A stretch of DNA of 64,000 nt from Spirochaetaceae bacterium. Lineage in GTDB: Bacteria; Spirochaetota; Spirochaetia; DSM-2461. The DNA is taken from assembly GCA_051531975.1 (NCBI GenBank), contig JAOPTT010000005.1, positions 224,001 to 288,000 on the forward strand. Direction: 5' to 3'. The notes beneath the pieces are model-generated. The model ran no database searches. It saw only the letters and a list, made by a program, of their open reading frames with translations, and was not told where the DNA came from. Numbering within the stretch: position 1 is the stretch's first letter; each line of letters starts with the position of its first letter. A program made the translations under genes and the position numbers. Below, one piece after another: positions 60,960-64,000 of the stretch.

Positions 60960-63356
60960 ATGAGTAAACAATTAAAGGTGTGTGTATTTGCTCCAGAAAT
61001 TCATGACACAATTTCTGGTGAGATAATTTCAGGCATATTAAATAGGTCAGTTACACTTTCAGTCGAGATAACTATCGTATCTGCAGGTAAGGCTGTAAAT
61101 CAAAAGGAAGATTTTAATAAAAGTAAACTTTATAAAGATGTTATAAAAAATTCTAACTTTGATGGAATTATAATTTTAACAGGAGCTTTTACTAGTGGTG
61201 AAATAACAAGTAAGGAGTTAGAGTCATTTCTTACATTTATACCTAAATCCCTTCCAGTTGTTTCCCTCTCGGTGAAACTAAATGGTTTTGTCTCCATCTT
61301 ATCTGATAATACCACTCCAATATTTAACATTGTTAATCATTTAATTAATGTTCATGATAAAAAAACTATTATGTTTATTAAAGGCCCTGAAGGTCAACCT
61401 GAAGCTGAAGATCGGTTTAAAGGTTATTGTTCCGCATTAAAAGAACATGACATTGAGATAGATGAACAATATATATTCAGAGGTGATTTTACTCCCCATA
61501 AAGGTGCTAATGCAGTTAAAGATCTATTAGAAATGGGTATAGCAATTCCTGAGGCTATAGTATGTGCCGACGACGATACTGCACTTGGTGTTTATGCCGA
61601 ACTTAAAAGAAATAAAATTGATTTTAGTAATGGTGGAATTGCTATTACAGGTTTTGATAATATGGGTTATACAAGGACTATGGACCCACGGTTAACAACT
61701 GTGGCACAATCTTTTACGACCCAGGGTATTATCGGGTTAAACACTCTAATTTCAGTTATTGGTGAAACAGAATTAAAAGATACATTTTATCAACCAAAAG
61801 TTTTATATAGAGAGAGTTGTGGTTGTACTCCACTGTTTCATACTGAAGAAAAGTATACTGACCTTAGTAACAAAGAGATAATATCAAGTCGTTTTGATGA
61901 TGTTAATATTGATGGGTTTGAGGATCATATAGATAGTATTGATCAGAATATAAATCAGTTTGTAATAGATGATACCCATAATTTTATACCAATTATTGAA
62001 GAGTATATTCGAATGTATAGATATAAAGGGTATAATCTAAAGATTTTATTAGAAGTTATACATCAGATATCAGGACGAGTAATACTAAAATTAGATAGAG
62101 ATCAGCTAATATATTATCTAAATCAGGTAGAACAAGTCACCGAGTTAATTGTTGAAGCCATAAATAATGAAAAATCTAGGGAGTTTAGGAATTTTAGTGA
62201 ACAGAGTTCGGAACTAGACTCAATATTAATGAATTTAGCAACTTGTATGTCCTATTCTGAGCTTAAAAGTAAATTAGATGGTAATTTTTTCTATTTAGGT
62301 ATTAAATCAATAAGTCTTAATTTTAATGGAAATATTTCTAGGGGTTTAGAAGTATTAGATGGAGTGGTTTTTGAAAAAGATGATTCATTAAATAGATCAA
62401 AAAAACAGTATTGTTCACTTTATCTACCGATATCATCTAAAAGTCACACTGGATACTGTAATCTAAGAATATTATTAAATAGCTTTCATATTGGTGAAGT
62501 TCTATCTTTTCAGATCTCTAGGGCTCTATATTTAATTGATCTATTTAATAGCTTAAATGATAAGATTCATGAAGTTGAATCTTCATATTCTGACTTAAGA
62601 AGTGCAAAAGATATGTTAACCCAGAGTGAACAGCTGGCAACATTAGGTGGTCTTGTTGCAGGTTTTACCCATGAAATTAGTACTCCTATAGGTGTAGGTG
62701 TAACAGCAACTTCTTATGCATCAGAGGAATTTAAATCTCTTAAGAAAGCATTTGTTAGTAACAAACTAAAAAAGTCAGATATGGGTGATTTTATAGAAAA
62801 TACAGAAAAAACATTAGATATAATAATGACTAATTTAAAAAGAACTTCAGCCTTAATTAATGGTTTTAAACAGATAGCAGTTGATCAAGCAAGTGAGGTT
62901 AAAAGAGAGTTTGAATTAAGTAGTTATATAAACGATGTTTTTAGCTCTTTATCACCTATGTTACATAAAGAGCGCTATAATATTATTGTGGATGTTCCAG
63001 GTGATATTGTTGTAAATAGCTATCCTGGAGCAGTCAGCCAGATAATTACAAATTTAGTACAAAATAGTATTAGACACGGTTTTGAAAACCAAGATACTGG
63101 GGAGATTCATCTTTTAGTAAAAAAAACTAAAAAGAACTTACTTGTAACTTATAGTGATACAGGTTGTGGTATTAATAAAGAGAACTTATCTAAAGTATTT
63201 GAGTCCTATTATTCTACTAAAATTGGTAAAGGGGGTAGTGGATTAGGTCTCTCTATTGTAAAACAGTTAGTAGAGGAAAAATTAGGTGGAACTATAGCTT
63301 GTGAAAGTATTGTAGGAAAGGGTACTAAGTTTATTTTAACTATAGCCTATCCATAA
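60960..63356 (+). CDS. Soluble histidine kinase with N-terminal LacI/PBP1-type sugar-binding domain
   Basis: AIVCADD, ITGFDN, LTTVAQ, YRESCGC; then THEISTP, DTGCG, GSGLG; no TM. Confidence 0.88.
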   Translation: MSKQLKVCVFAPEIHDTISGEIISGILNRSVTLSVEITIVSAGKAVNQKEDFNKSKLYKDVIKNSNFDGIIILTGAFTSGEITSKELESFLTFIPKSLPVVSLSVKLNGFVSILSDNTTPIFNIVNHLINVHDKKTIMFIKGPEGQPEAEDRFKGYCSALKEHDIEIDEQYIFRGDFTPHKGANAVKDLLEMGIAIPEAIVCADDDTALGVYAELKRNKIDFSNGGIAITGFDNMGYTRTMDPRLTTVAQSFTTQGIIGLNTLISVIGETELKDTFYQPKVLYRESCGCTPLFHTEEKYTDLSNKEIISSRFDDVNIDGFEDHIDSIDQNINQFVIDDTHNFIPIIEEYIRMYRYKGYNLKILLEVIHQISGRVILKLDRDQLIYYLNQVEQVTELIVEAINNEKSREFRNFSEQSSELDSILMNLATCMSYSELKSKLDGNFFYLGIKSISLNFNGNISRGLEVLDGVVFEKDDSLNRSKKQYCSLYLPISSKSHTGYCNLRILLNSFHIGEVLSFQISRALYLIDLFNSLNDKIHEVESSYSDLRSAKDMLTQSEQLATLGGLVAGFTHEISTPIGVGVTATSYASEEFKSLKKAFVSNKLKKSDMGDFIENTEKTLDIIMTNLKRTSALINGFKQIAVDQASEVKREFELSSYINDVFSSLSPMLHKERYNIIVDVPGDIVVNSYPGAVSQIITNLVQNSIRHGFENQDTGEIHLLVKKTKKNLLVTYSDTGCGINKENLSKVFESYYSTKIGKGGSGLGLSIVKQLVEEKLGGTIACESIVGKGTKFILTIAYP

Positions 63357-63747
63357 CCCCAAGCAGAGTTTTCCAAGGAAGTATTGCACAGCTTTTTCTT
63401 GCAGGGAAATCTCTTAATTCTGTAAATACTTCTAAAACCTGTTCTGCATTATCAAATATATAGGCCTCACCATCTAACATTGATAAGAAATTTTTAATAA
63501 TATCTCTTGGTTTATCTTTTTGGATAATAGTACTGCACATGATATCTGCAGAAGCCATACTAATTGCACATCCATTTCCTGTAAAACTAATATTGTCTAT
63601 TATACCGTCTGTTATATCTGTAAAAATGGTTATATTATCTCCACATGAGGGATTCACTCCATCCATAATGTTTGAAGCCTCTGGATTTTCAAATTTATGT
63701 ATAGGATTTCTGTAGTGTTTCATTAATGTCTCTTTATATAAACTCAT
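63340..63747 (-). CDS. sufU: SufU (NifU-like) Fe-S assembly sulfur-transfer protein
   Basis: LYKETLMKHY, NPSCGD, GCAISMAS, PARKSCAILPW. Confidence 0.9.
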   Translation of the reverse strand: MSLYKETLMKHYRNPIHKFENPEASNIMDGVNPSCGDNITIFTDITDGIIDNISFTGNGCAISMASADIMCSTIIQKDKPRDIIKNFLSMLDGEAYIFDNAEQVLEVFTELRDFPARKSCAILPWKTLLGVMDRL

Positions 63748-64000
63748 AGAAAAAACTCCTTAATCTCTTTAATTGTATTAATTAGAATATCAATTTCAGA
63801 TTTGTTATTATATATACCTAAAGATACTCTTATAACTCCTGATTCTGACAAATTTGTGAAAAAAGGTGATGCACATAAATTACCAGTTCTAAGAAGTATA
63901 TTATTATTATCAAAAAACTCAGATGCATCGTGGGGGTGTATCCCTTCAATATTAAAACTAATAATTGCTCCTGGTACAGAGTAGATTATAATACCAGTCT
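63744..64000 (-). CDS. sufS: Cysteine desulfurase SufS, 3' part (gene enters from beyond the window)
   Basis: Manual translation: IISFNIEGIHPHDASEFFD...LRTGNLCASP...IRVSLGIYN...; TGA overlaps the sufU ATG. Confidence 0.85.
   Translation of the reverse strand, partial: TGIIIYSVPGAIISFNIEGIHPHDASEFFDNNNILLRTGNLCASPFFTNLSESGVIRVSLGIYNNKSEIDILINTIKEIKEFFL

Noticed and set aside
1129..61330. Numerous 60-140 aa ORFs nested in or antisense to long genes (e.g. 1129-1545, 3850-4218, 17230-17580, 58858-59181)
   Set aside because: They overlap well-supported CDSs, lack RBS and motifs, and are expected by chance
63802..63984. 60-aa plus-strand ORF
   Set aside because: Antisense to sufS, which is clearly recognisable on the minus strand
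1..64000. CRISPR array, tRNA/rRNA, IS or prophage
   Set aside because: No regularly spaced direct repeats, no GC-rich structural RNA stretch, and no transposase, integrase or phage ORFs seen by eye

Overview
AT-rich bacterial chromosomal window. The gene content (MCP, many orphan kinases, LacI-type/kinase fusion, glycyl radical enzyme, sufSU) suggests an anaerobic free-living spirochaete-like organism, but this is inference. The window is dominated by glycan catabolism: two GH2 (one frameshifted), three GH38-family proteins, GH78, GH3, two sulfatases, a ROK kinase plus PMI-like isomerase, a GPH symporter and a sugar-binding protein, with AraC, GntR/LacI, TetR and FadR regulators. The most notable element is a minus-strand operon (48976->43543) encoding a GxGYxYP putative glycoside hydrolase, a radical-SAM activating enzyme and a glycyl radical enzyme with a non-canonical Cys loop (GCNW). 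Its promoter shares a TGATATATCA-type box and a near-identical -35/-10 layout with the GH38 and GH78 promoters, suggesting a glycan-regulated radical pathway. A small accessory islet (about 12.1-14.7 kb) carries higBA, a degenerate attC-like site, an AAA/DUF4143 ATPase and a truncated gene. Several pseudogene remnants are present. The right end has yidD-fumarate hydratase genes and sufS(partial)-sufU. No rRNA, tRNA, CRISPR array, transposase or integrase was seen. All family calls come from motif recognition by eye, not from database searches.
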